Source: an uncultured Candidatus Saccharibacteria bacterium (GTDB lineage Bacteria > Patescibacteriota > Minisyncoccia > Phycocordibacterales > CAIZLB01). Taken from it: a DNA stretch of 64,000 nucleotides. The translations under genes were made by a program, and so were the position numbers. Positions within the stretch are counted from its first letter, which is position 1. Each line of letters opens with the position of its first letter. Location: contig CAZSLF010000002.1 of the NCBI GenBank assembly GCA_964607805.1, positions 36,269 to 100,268 on the forward strand, read 5' to 3'. Below are positions 10,669 through 20,179 of the stretch, in pieces. Under the pieces are notes generated by a model. It was not told the DNA's origin. It searched no databases and worked only from the letters and a program-made list of their open reading frames with translations.

Positions 10669-11043
10669 TTACTTCTTAGTCTCCTTCTTCTTACCTGAAC
10701 CCATGGTCTTTTTAACCCCCTTAAGTGTTCGGGCATTTGTTTTAGTTCGCTGACCTCGAGCCGGCAGACGTCTAGCATGACGTGATCCGCGGTAGCTTTT
10801 AATATCCTTCAAACGCTTGATATTACCAGAAGTTTCTCGCTTCAGGTCTGCTTCAAGTTTAAAAGATTCAACAATACCTCTGATTTTGTTCTCTTCTTCA
10901 GCTGATAATTCAGATGTTTTCTTACCAAAATCAATACCTGCATCTGTAAGAATAGTCTTTGAACGACTTCGGCCTACGCCAAAAAGAGCCGTCAAGGCCA
11001 TATCAAGCCTTCGATCTGGGATGTTTATACCAAGGATACGCAT
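10669..11043 (-). CDS. rpsM: 30S ribosomal protein S13
   Basis: YRGSRHARRLPARGQRTKTNART. Confidence 0.98.
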   Translation of the reverse strand: MRILGINIPDRRLDMALTALFGVGRSRSKTILTDAGIDFGKKTSELSAEEENKIRGIVESFKLEADLKRETSGNIKRLKDIKSYRGSRHARRLPARGQRTKTNARTLKGVKKTMGSGKKKETKK

Positions 11044-11056
11044 TTAGTTTACTTGA

Positions 11057-11173
11057 TTAACCTTGTCGTTGTTTGTGACGAGGGTTAGCCTTACATATTA
11101 CGAACAAAACCCCCGCGCGACGGACGGCTTTGCAGTGTGAGCATTTTTTATTCACTGAGGCTCTAACTCGCAT
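11057..11173 (-). CDS. rpmJ: 50S ribosomal protein L36 (zinc-binding form), not in the ORF track
   Basis: Manual translation [38 protein letters not shown], between infA and rpsM. Confidence 0.97.
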   Translation of the reverse strand: MRVRASVNKKCSHCKAVRRAGVLFVICKANPRHKQRQG

Positions 11174-11284
11174 AACGACAAAATTCATTAATTAATAATA
11201 ATGAGGTTTTTATCCTACTACAGGACAAAATAAAACGCAAGCGCTATTTTGGCAGATTAGGCCTAAATAGGGCTTTACTTTAGT

Positions 11285-11554
11285 CTAACCTCGTCTTGTA
11301 ATCTTCCCTTTCCCTCCATATGGGTCAATTTCGACAGTAACTCGGTCCCCAATCAGGACTCGGATTCGGTTATAGACCATCTTTCCGGCTAGATATGTGA
11401 GAAGTTCGATATTTTCCCCTTCAGGGTTTTGGTATCGCACCTTAAACATGGCGTTTGGAAGAGACTCTACCACAACACCGTTTATAGTAGGTTTTTGCTC
11501 CTTTTGATTAGCTTGCTGGTTATTATTTTGACTTCTTTGTTGGTTTTTACTCAT
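11285..11554 (-). CDS. infA: Translation initiation factor IF-1
   Basis: GVVVESLPNAMFKV and GKM..NRIRVLIGDRVTVE. Confidence 0.96.
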   Translation of the reverse strand: MSKNQQRSQNNNQQANQKEQKPTINGVVVESLPNAMFKVRYQNPEGENIELLTYLAGKMVYNRIRVLIGDRVTVEIDPYGGKGKITRRG

Positions 11555-11640
11555 TTGTAGGTTTTAGGATAGCAGGTATATGGCTTAATTTCAATGTTAT
11601 TTTCACAAATCGGGCTTATATTTTGAGAATCCTGTGGAAA

Positions 11641-13182
11641 TTATTGAATAATTAGGTCAATTTTATTACTTGTAGGGATAGATTTCTTCCAGAAAGGTCG
11701 GATAGAAATTGTAGTTTCAGCTCCTATAATATGTCCTGAAATTATACTGTCGGCTTCGGCGACACTCTTTTTAGCAATTTCCTGCTTCAAATCGAAAGGA
11801 GTGACAGAAAGTCCTGTTTTTATAGTTCCAGATACGTCTACGTTGAATGATCCATTTACAAGAGATTTAGTATCAGTTTCGCTAACATCATATGAAAGAC
11901 TTGCTAGATCATCTTTAATTGGCACCACTTTTTTACCGGCAAGGATATATGTCACTCCCTTCATCAATTGTTCCTTTGAAAGACCGATTGCTTTTGTTGT
12001 AACTCGGACTTTTACACTGCTCACCCCGTCACTATTAGTTATTGTTCCAAGACTTGTAGTTGTCTCGATACTGTCGGTTATTATAATCAAGTCTGCATGA
12101 TTAGCTTTAAATTCATTTATAGCTATATTTTCTGATTCAGTTTTGATTGTTGCGACAGCATCCTGGATTGCGGCCGAATTTGTATCAGGTGCAGTTCCAC
12201 TTTGTCCTCCAGTAAAGTTCGATGCCACTTTTGCATAAATATTCTTATATCTATCAGTTCCGGCAACAAGACCAGGGAGTCTTAATTCTAGGCCCGCAGC
12301 AGCATTGTAAATACTTCCTGGCTTGTCTGCCTCTACTTTTGCAGTGATTGTACCTGGGTTTGATCCACTTTTACCAGGGATTTTAACGTCTGCAATTAGT
12401 CTATATATAGAGCCGTTGGCAGTCTGAACTCTTGTTGTCTTTACCAATTCATAAGGATCAGTGCTGAAATTGTTATATAGAGTTATAGTCCCAGTAGCTT
12501 TTTTGCTAATGGTTATAGTCTTCAAACCTGTAACACTAGCTGTCTTCTCCGCGTTCTTAGTTAGTGCCTCATAGGCAATTGGTTCTGGAAGTGTAGTTGC
12601 TTCGATATTGGCAGTTTGTTCTGGTGCTTCAATTACAATATTTGCTTTTGCGAATATTGTTTGACCAAGTCCTGCAAGAACAAGAAGACAAATAACTAGA
12701 AATGCAATAATTTTCTTTGCCCCACCGCCGCTCTTTCTGCGAATTCTGATATTTGTTGGAATATCCTTGTCCACTTCCCATTTCTTATTAAATTTTTCAC
12801 TAGGAGAAAGATTTTTCTCTTTATCAGCAATTGTTGCAGCGATTTTTGCTTCGTCTTCATGCTCATGTTCCATAATCTCCTCATAGTGAGCCTCTTCAGC
12901 TTGTTCGACATCGCTTAGTTCGCTATCTGAGTCTGCACCACTAATTTTATGTCTCTTAATATCAATTTCCTCTTCGCCGTCTTCTTTTGCTTTTCTTCGT
13001 ACACGTTTAAGAGCGCCGACTTGGGATTTTCGGGCATCTTTCTCTGCTTTGTCTTCTAAGCTTTTAGTTTTTTTGACTAATGGAATATCGCGAATAGAAC
13101 GCTTTTTGCGTCCAGATCCCGTCGTCCCGGCGCCCGTTGATTTCTCGCTAGCCTCTGGTGTATGTTCAAAAGTTTCTTCCAT
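11641..13182 (-). CDS. Membrane-anchored protein with a baseplate-J-like beta domain (conserved CPR hypothetical)
   Basis: Charged disordered N-terminus, one TM, then a KATGTITLYN...VEADKPGSIYN...FTGG pattern resembling baseplate J/gp47-like CPR proteins. Confidence 0.6.
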   Translation of the reverse strand: MEETFEHTPEASEKSTGAGTTGSGRKKRSIRDIPLVKKTKSLEDKAEKDARKSQVGALKRVRRKAKEDGEEEIDIKRHKISGADSDSELSDVEQAEEAHYEEIMEHEHEDEAKIAATIADKEKNLSPSEKFNKKWEVDKDIPTNIRIRRKSGGGAKKIIAFLVICLLVLAGLGQTIFAKANIVIEAPEQTANIEATTLPEPIAYEALTKNAEKTASVTGLKTITISKKATGTITLYNNFSTDPYELVKTTRVQTANGSIYRLIADVKIPGKSGSNPGTITAKVEADKPGSIYNAAAGLELRLPGLVAGTDRYKNIYAKVASNFTGGQSGTAPDTNSAAIQDAVATIKTESENIAINEFKANHADLIIITDSIETTTSLGTITNSDGVSSVKVRVTTKAIGLSKEQLMKGVTYILAGKKVVPIKDDLASLSYDVSETDTKSLVNGSFNVDVSGTIKTGLSVTPFDLKQEIAKKSVAEADSIISGHIIGAETTISIRPFWKKSIPTSNKIDLIIQ

Positions 13183-13240
13183 AAAAATTACTTCAAGTTT
13201 TTATTAAAAAGTGCATTATGCACAACAAGTATATCATTAA

Positions 13241-14416
13241 CTATATCATGGCGTTTAATTTTGTCAGGAACCCTGGGTCGCCGTCCACCAATTCTGAAAT
13301 ACCGATGAAATTATTCAATGAACTCCTATCCAAAACATCAATCGTAAGATTCTTTTCTGACATAGTTAGATCAAGGTAATTATCTTTCATTAAATAATCC
13401 TTAAGAACATGTGAAATTACACTTGGAGAAGACAAAAATACATGTGATGGAAAACTGCCAGACATCATTGAGCCGGCCGAGAAATCTTTGATGCCTTTCC
13501 GCCATTTATCCAAAACTGAATTTATTAAAGGTTCAATCTTTCCAACATGCGATGCCTCAAGATTTTTTTGGAAATATAAAGTAAGCAAATTCATAGCAAC
13601 TTCATATGTTACTTTGCAGTTTTCACTTATATCTTTGAGAATATTATTTAGTCCAATTGGCACAGTGCCAAGCTCACTAATATGATTATTTCGCACAATC
13701 TGAATATGCGTCATGATTTCGTTCACGCGGATAATTGCAAAATCAGTTTTTATATTCATAATATCTGCTTCTTTTTGCGCGGCGCTCAAGAGCAAAGTTG
13801 GCTCAGTCTTAATTACAATTTCAGAAATACTATGAAAATATGAGTCTAAGACCTCAGTTAAAATATTTCTTAATGTTGTTTTTGTATAACTAACATATCC
13901 CGCGAGTGAAAGAGAGGTAGCCATTTTTCCTACTGGTTCCTGAATAGAATAGCCGTTTAAAGTGGAATTAAGAATATTTGTCTCTAGAAGTGTGACTTCT
14001 TCTTTATCAGCTCCAGCAATAGCCTTTATTTCAGTATCAAAAGTTTTGTCTATAATCGCTTGAGTAACTTTAAATTCCTTCGCCTGATCAAAATGACTTA
14101 TAACAGTCTTTCCTTCAAACCAAGGAGCTGCCAGAGATACAGTTACCTTACTAATATGATTAACCTGCAAATTGGCATTTTTAATATCCTCATATCTTGT
14201 CTCCTTTAAAATAGCTTGAAGCAAAGTTTTAATTCTACCTTCCAAATATTCATATGTTATTTCAGCATGTTCCGGATTAAATGATTTTGTTCTATATGTT
14301 TCGATAGTTGGACGAGCTGATTCAATACCTTCTTTATTTGAAGATTCTTTTGTTACAAGTGCTGTTGAAATTGAAGTATCAGAAATTGCAATTGCAAGTG
14401 AGACGAGCTTTTTCAT
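13241..14416 (-). CDS. Divergent FtsA/PilM-like actin-fold protein
   Basis: FtsA-like layout (N-terminal IAISDTSI strand, LNGY, IGLNNI) with degenerate ATP motifs; adjacent to the baseplate-J-like gene. Confidence 0.55.
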   Translation of the reverse strand: MKKLVSLAIAISDTSISTALVTKESSNKEGIESARPTIETYRTKSFNPEHAEITYEYLEGRIKTLLQAILKETRYEDIKNANLQVNHISKVTVSLAAPWFEGKTVISHFDQAKEFKVTQAIIDKTFDTEIKAIAGADKEEVTLLETNILNSTLNGYSIQEPVGKMATSLSLAGYVSYTKTTLRNILTEVLDSYFHSISEIVIKTEPTLLLSAAQKEADIMNIKTDFAIIRVNEIMTHIQIVRNNHISELGTVPIGLNNILKDISENCKVTYEVAMNLLTLYFQKNLEASHVGKIEPLINSVLDKWRKGIKDFSAGSMMSGSFPSHVFLSSPSVISHVLKDYLMKDNYLDLTMSEKNLTIDVLDRSSLNNFIGISELVDGDPGFLTKLNAMI

Positions 14417-14489
14417 CCATAAAATTATATCACACTCAAATAAAATTTAGCCAAAAATTTACAACAAACTGCGCAAATTATTTAAACAC

Positions 14490-16391
14490 CTATTTAAGCA
14501 CCGCTTTTATTCTTCGAATTCCTTGCGCAACAGCTTCTTCTTTTTGTATTGAAAATGGTCTCTCGCTATTATTCGGATTTAATTCTCCAGTTTTTGATAC
14601 ATGTGGTCCTCCACAATATTCTTTTGAGAATGCTTCATCGATAGTTCCACCAGGCTCACCAATATAATATACAGTAACAATATCTGCGTATTTTTCGCCG
14701 AAAAAGTGTAGTGCTCCAGTCTTCTCAGCCTCTTCTTGAGGTAAAGACGCTACTTGGACAGGTAGGTCTGCGAGTATTTTTTCATTTACAATATCTTCAA
14801 CTTGTTTCTTCTGATCATCTGTCATCTTTTCAGGATGTGCAAAATCAAAACGAAGACGCTCGGCCGTAATATTGCTTCCCTTTTGCGTAACATGGTCGCC
14901 TAATACAGTTCGAAGTGCTTGGTGTAGCAAATGTGTCGCTGTGTGATATCGAAGTGACATGTCACTTGTGTCTCCAAGGCCACCTTTAAATTTCTTTTCA
15001 GCACCTGAGCGAGAAATTTCTTGATGCTTCTTCATATCTTCTGCAAATGCATGTAAGTCTACTTTCACTCCTCTTTCTTTTGCAATTTCCTGAACTAGTT
15101 CAATAGGAAAACCATAAGAAGTCACAAGTAAAAAAACAGATGACGGTGCTAATGTTGCAGACTTATCTAATTCATTATCTTTGTAATCTTGAGGTGCGCT
15201 TTCAGGTGTAATTGTTGATTTGATTACATTATTAAAATATTTCATCCCTTCTTTTAGAGTATTTCTAAACTTCTGCTCCTCCTTATCTATCGTAATTTTT
15301 ATCGTTTCGCGCATCTTGCCTACATTTTCATAAACTTCTTCATATTGATCACAAACAGTATCAGCGATTTGGAAAAGTGCCTTTGGTTTCAAGTTCAAAA
15401 CATCTGCGAATCGCACAGCTCGACGGATTAGTCGTCTAAGAACATAACCCTGATCTGAATTTGCAGGCAAAACTCCGTCTGAAATTAGCATGACAGATGT
15501 TCGTATGTGATCAGCGATAATACGAGTTGCCTTCAAATCTTTGATAAGATCACGAGACGCAGAAATATCACGCAATTCTTCAATCTTTTGTATAATTGGA
15601 CTAAAAATATCAGTATCGAAAATATTATCCTTTCCTTGGAGAACCATGGCGACTCGTTCGAAACCAGAACCTGTATCTACGTTTTGAGTTGCGAGCTTGC
15701 CAATGACTTTTCCGTCTTTCTTTTCGTACTCCATGAATACATCATTCCAAATTTCAACTACTTCCTGAGCATCATCAGCGGCTAGGAATTGCTCATGACT
15801 CAGGCCGACACCGTCCGCGTATTTGCCACTAACATCATAAAACATCTCGGTGTCGGCCCCACAAGGACCGTTTTCACCTGCACTCCACCAATTGTTTTTT
15901 GCAGGCAAAAAGAAAATACGATTCCCTCTCACTTCATGCTTTTCGAAAATTTCTTTCCATACTTGTGCAGATTCTTCATCTTTTGGAGCGTTTTCATCTC
16001 CTTCAAAACAAGTTACATATAATCGATTTGGATCTAGACCAAAACCGACTTCTTTGTCAGTTAACAACTCGTAACTCCAATTAATTGCTTCTTTTTTGAA
16101 ATAATCGCCAAGTGACCAATTACCCATCATTTCAAAAAATGTTCCATGCGTATTGTCGCCAATATCTTCGATATCAACAGTTCTTACGCACTTTTGAAAA
16201 TTTACAAGACGAGTTCCAAGTGGATGTTTTTCTCCTAAAAGATATGGCACGAGAGGTTGCATACCTGCTGTGTTAAAAAGAACCGAAGGGTCGTTTTCTG
16301 GTACAAGTGGTGCGCTTTGAATAATAGCGTGATTTCTTGGGCTAGATGCGAAGAAATCTAGGAATCGGCGACGAATTTCTTTAGCTTTCAT
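14490..16391 (-). CDS. alaS: Alanine--tRNA ligase (lacks the C-Ala domain)
   Basis: LFNTAGMQPL, TFFEMMGNWS, DTGSGFER; editing-domain HTATH and EYCGGPH; ends at GIRRIKAV. Confidence 0.97.
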   Translation of the reverse strand: MKAKEIRRRFLDFFASSPRNHAIIQSAPLVPENDPSVLFNTAGMQPLVPYLLGEKHPLGTRLVNFQKCVRTVDIEDIGDNTHGTFFEMMGNWSLGDYFKKEAINWSYELLTDKEVGFGLDPNRLYVTCFEGDENAPKDEESAQVWKEIFEKHEVRGNRIFFLPAKNNWWSAGENGPCGADTEMFYDVSGKYADGVGLSHEQFLAADDAQEVVEIWNDVFMEYEKKDGKVIGKLATQNVDTGSGFERVAMVLQGKDNIFDTDIFSPIIQKIEELRDISASRDLIKDLKATRIIADHIRTSVMLISDGVLPANSDQGYVLRRLIRRAVRFADVLNLKPKALFQIADTVCDQYEEVYENVGKMRETIKITIDKEEQKFRNTLKEGMKYFNNVIKSTITPESAPQDYKDNELDKSATLAPSSVFLLVTSYGFPIELVQEIAKERGVKVDLHAFAEDMKKHQEISRSGAEKKFKGGLGDTSDMSLRYHTATHLLHQALRTVLGDHVTQKGSNITAERLRFDFAHPEKMTDDQKKQVEDIVNEKILADLPVQVASLPQEEAEKTGALHFFGEKYADIVTVYYIGEPGGTIDEAFSKEYCGGPHVSKTGELNPNNSERPFSIQKEEAVAQGIRRIKAVLK

Positions 16392-16440
16392 GGTTTCCGG
16401 ATTGTAACATGAAGAGGTGGTTTTTTGAAGTTGACTGAGA

Positions 16441-18351
16441 TTATTTAGCAGCAAACAATTTCTCCGCCATTTTAATCTTCCCCGCAATCTCATCTAACCC
16501 TTTTTCGAAGAATTCTGGCTTTGTTACATCGATTCCTATATCTTTAAATACATCATCGGGACGCTTTGATGCTCCGGCGCTTAAGAAATATTCAATTTTT
16601 TCTAAAAATGCTGGATTTCTCTTGTATTCGGCATAAAGTGAGTTGGCAATCAATTGTCCATAAGCATATGCATATACATAGAAGAAATATCTAAAGTGTG
16701 GAATTGAAACATATGCATAACCATCATCTGGAGAGAATTCAAAGGCTGGACCTAGGAAAGCTTTGCGATTTTTTATCAAAGTTTCGGCGATTTCTTCTGA
16801 ACTTAACATTCCTTTTTCTTTTATTTTTGTATGTAAGTCAATTTCAAATTTGAAAAATGAAATTTGGGCATGAGTCGTAAAAACATCATCCTGAATTCTT
16901 TCAAGAAGCATATTCAATTTCTCTTTTTTTGATTCGGCTCGATTGTATTGGTAGTCGAAGAGTACATTTTCAAAAAAAGTACTGGCAACTTCTGCAATTG
17001 AAATACTAAAATCGGAATATAGTGCAGGCTGTGATTTCGAAAGTTCGAAGTGAATAGCATGACCCATTTCATGTGCCATAGTTGATACACTATTTCCATC
17101 ATCGACGTGATTCAGCAATATATATGTTGGAACTCCTGTTCCACTTGAGCAATATGCGCCATTTCTCTTTCCTTTCTTTGGATAGATATCAAACTTCCCT
17201 TCCTTGAGGAAATTCATGAACATCTCTGCAAACTCAGGTTTAATTTTACTAAAAGCATCATAAACAATCTGAACACCTTCATCTAGAGTGTATTTCTTTG
17301 CAGATTTAGCCATGCTTGTACCAATTTCAGCTAAAGTCAGTTTAGGTAGCCCTAAAACTTTCGCTTTCAATTTAAAGAATCTTTGAGAATCTGGAAAACG
17401 TTTTGTAACAGCTTCAACTAAGCTTTCTACACTGGCGATAGAGTTTTGATAGCTCAAAACAGTTGCTTCATATGGTTTTGTAAAGCCACGCAATTCATCT
17501 GTCGATCTTTTATTTGTGATAACTGCATTTAATTCAGCTTCAGCCAAGAAACTAATTTCTTTATATTTCTTTGAAATTTCCGCATGCAAGGCCCGTCTCT
17601 CTTTAATTGGCAAATCACCCTTAATAGCAGAGGCTTCAGTAATTGGAATTAGTTTTCCTTTATGCTTAACCATTTGGCTAGTCAAAAGTTTCTTCTGAGC
17701 GTCTACCCACATGCTGTGAGACGGTGCATGTTTAATACTTAAAAGTTTTTCTTCTGCTTCGGATAGATTATATTTTGCATTTTCAAAAATTTCTTTGAGA
17801 AATGTATAATACTGAGTCAAACTCGCATCTTTTAGAAACTTCTTTTGATTGTCAGGAGTAATTTTTGCCAATTCCAGGTTGAAAAACATAACCTGATTAG
17901 ATGATTTCACCAATCGCTCATGGTATGTATTGAAAAGCGCCTTAATCTTATTATTCTCCGTATCAATATCTTGTAAAAGATGCAAATACCAGAGTGGTTT
18001 GAAGACACCAGTCTTTTCAATTAGCACAGACCAATCGTCGAGTGCGGTTTTGAGAGCTTTTATGTCTGTTGTGTACTTTGGAGCGGCGACTTTTGCTGCG
18101 GTCTTCGCGCTAGAGCCAGTACTGCCGTTACTCGCATACTTCTTTGCAAACTCCGTATATGTCTTGTCAATCAATATTACATCTTTTTCTAGTTGAGGAT
18201 CAGTAATTCCTTTATATATTTGTGAGAAGTCCCATTCAGTTTTAATATGGACTGAGGTTTTTGCAGTTTTTGCTGCCTCCTTGGCAGATTTTTCCTCCTT
18301 AGCTTTTACGGGCGCTTTCGCTGGTGTATTCTCTGATTTGTTTTTTTGCAT
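16441..18351 (-). CDS. pepF: M3 family oligoendopeptidase F
   Basis: GKRNGAYC, HEMGH zinc motif, AEVASTFFE, FYVYAYAYG. Confidence 0.9.
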   Translation of the reverse strand: MQKNKSENTPAKAPVKAKEEKSAKEAAKTAKTSVHIKTEWDFSQIYKGITDPQLEKDVILIDKTYTEFAKKYASNGSTGSSAKTAAKVAAPKYTTDIKALKTALDDWSVLIEKTGVFKPLWYLHLLQDIDTENNKIKALFNTYHERLVKSSNQVMFFNLELAKITPDNQKKFLKDASLTQYYTFLKEIFENAKYNLSEAEEKLLSIKHAPSHSMWVDAQKKLLTSQMVKHKGKLIPITEASAIKGDLPIKERRALHAEISKKYKEISFLAEAELNAVITNKRSTDELRGFTKPYEATVLSYQNSIASVESLVEAVTKRFPDSQRFFKLKAKVLGLPKLTLAEIGTSMAKSAKKYTLDEGVQIVYDAFSKIKPEFAEMFMNFLKEGKFDIYPKKGKRNGAYCSSGTGVPTYILLNHVDDGNSVSTMAHEMGHAIHFELSKSQPALYSDFSISIAEVASTFFENVLFDYQYNRAESKKEKLNMLLERIQDDVFTTHAQISFFKFEIDLHTKIKEKGMLSSEEIAETLIKNRKAFLGPAFEFSPDDGYAYVSIPHFRYFFYVYAYAYGQLIANSLYAEYKRNPAFLEKIEYFLSAGASKRPDDVFKDIGIDVTKPEFFEKGLDEIAGKIKMAEKLFAAK

Positions 18352-18357
18352 GTAGAA

Positions 18358-18975
18358 CTATACTAGCAGGCTTTTGATATTATGAAAATCATCGAGCAAA
18401 ACCTTGCGATTACTACCCTTGTATAGAGCCACCGCTGGATGATACATGGCAATTATGTCAACTTTGCCATAACCAGTCTTCCCTTTAAAAACTTTTCCAT
18501 GAATTTTGGAAATGGGCAAAAGCTCGCAACCAATCCCTGCATATTCAAAAATATATTTCATAGATAGACGCCCAAGTGTCACAATAACTTTCGGCCGAAT
18601 AATTTCAATTTGCTTTTCTAAAAATTTGCCATAGATAGCAATTTCTTCGGGAAATGGATCCCTATTATCCGTCGGCCTATCGTTCACCAAATTCGTCACA
18701 TATACAGTTGTCCTATCCAATCCGATTGAATTCAAGAGAATATCCAAAAACTTGCCAGACGCTCCACAAAAAGGTTTGCCAGTTAGCGATTCTTTCTTTC
18801 CAGGTGCCTCACCGACAAACATAATCTTAGAGTTTAAATCCCCTTCTCCTATTACTGGAAAAGTATTGTTTTGGCGGCGTTCGTCTGCTAACTGAGTTTT
18901 TAGAGCCAAAATTCCATCTCTGACTTTTTGAATTCCCTTGGCTTGTGATTCTGAATTAGATTTTGATCTAGACAT
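18358..18975 (-). CDS. Uracil-DNA glycosylase, family 4 type
   Basis: VGEAPG, G.PF.G.SG, RP..NR.P and MYHPA motifs. Confidence 0.9.
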   Translation of the reverse strand: MSRSKSNSESQAKGIQKVRDGILALKTQLADERRQNNTFPVIGEGDLNSKIMFVGEAPGKKESLTGKPFCGASGKFLDILLNSIGLDRTTVYVTNLVNDRPTDNRDPFPEEIAIYGKFLEKQIEIIRPKVIVTLGRLSMKYIFEYAGIGCELLPISKIHGKVFKGKTGYGKVDIIAMYHPAVALYKGSNRKVLLDDFHNIKSLLV

Positions 18976-19004
18976 GGTGTGATTATAACAAAAAACCCAC
19001 CGTA

Positions 19005-19274
19005 CTAGACGTTGGGTTTCGACTGATGATCGGAGCTTTCTTTTTCCTCCAAGAGAACAAATATGGGATATTTATCCTCTGAACTTGTGCGAACTGCGAT
19101 GTATCTAATCCTTCCAGTTATAGTTTCGACAATATGAAAGGCTTCTTCTGGTCGAATATACAGTACGATCAATTCTTCACCTGTTCTTTTATTAATTGCA
19201 GTATAACAGTATCCTTTTTCTGGTTTTGTTAGGAGTACAGATATGTGGATGCTCAGTTGAGGGTGCACACTCAT
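19005..19274 (-). CDS. Small hypothetical protein (cassette)
   Basis: ORF from MSVHPQ downstream of TTGACA-N17-CATTAT (19338-19366). Confidence 0.55.
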   Translation of the reverse strand: MSVHPQLSIHISVLLTKPEKGYCYTAINKRTGEELIVLYIRPEEAFHIVETITGRIRYIAVRTSSEDKYPIFVLLEEKESSDHQSKPNV

Positions 19275-19449
19275 TTTATGGTTTTGGGTAGAAACAGAAA
19301 TAAAGCAGGATTGCTTATGTGAACTTATGCCGAACACATAATGTTGCCTCATGTCTATTTTGTCAATTTGAGTTTCGATATTTAAAATTTTTTTTGAAAA
19401 TGAAAAGACCTACCCCACGCGGGAGTAGGCCTCGAAGTATCAATCTGTC

Positions 19450-20037
19450 TTAGCCATTACATTGGCTCGATGAGCTTATAGTAGCCGATCTTGCGGTAAA
19501 ATACGGTTGAATCATTATTGAAGGGTTTGTACTCAGCATTCGAATAGCTCGAAGAGGTACTCCTTCGTTCACAGCAAGTACAGGTATAGTAAAGGAGTCT
19601 TCTGACACCTGAATTCTGGAATTCCATGCGGCAATGTACCCAGTCAGATCCTTTGAGCGCAAAGTCTCATCAAAGCTCCTTGCCCGTAACAAACGAGCTA
19701 GACTGAATAATTCCCAAACGTTCAGTTGAGTCCATTTGTGGTCGGGCTCACCTTCCGTTGATTGTAATACTGATAAATTGACGAAATTTTCTATGTCTCG
19801 CGACCCAATTCGTATAGCCTTCTGATAATATATGCGAGGAACTGTCTTGAGCTCGCGGCATATAGCATCAAACCTATCACGATGCTCACGAGCTATCGCC
19901 AATGTCTCTGGCTCAAAGCTCTCATCTCCGGCTTGGTGGGCAAGAAGAACTTTGTCCAGAATTCCATAGTCCACTGGAACATTGAATGCAAAATTGCAGA
20001 TATTCATTTCTACAAGTAGTGTTGGGTGAAATCTCAT
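19450..20037 (-). CDS. Hypothetical protein (cassette)
   Basis: 195 aa ORF with promoter TTGACT-N16-TATAAT (20126-20153) and hairpin at about 19403-19433. Confidence 0.7.
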   Translation of the reverse strand: MRFHPTLLVEMNICNFAFNVPVDYGILDKVLLAHQAGDESFEPETLAIAREHRDRFDAICRELKTVPRIYYQKAIRIGSRDIENFVNLSVLQSTEGEPDHKWTQLNVWELFSLARLLRARSFDETLRSKDLTGYIAAWNSRIQVSEDSFTIPVLAVNEGVPLRAIRMLSTNPSIMIQPYFTARSATISSSSQCNG

Positions 20038-20179
20038 AGAGCAGATACAGTTTATTCGGGATTTGTTTTATATACTTGCATCTAACCATTGTCAGAAGCT
20101 ATTTAAGTACATAAATCTAAAAGATATTATACATTGAATTATGAAATAGTCAATACTATTACTAATTAACAAGAGAGAA

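Noticed and set aside
16392-16493. N-terminal extension of AlaRS given in the ORF track (likewise for grpE, lexA, leuS and the acyltransferase)
   Set aside because: The extensions overlap upstream genes, terminators or promoter boxes; downstream starts fit the family N-termini.
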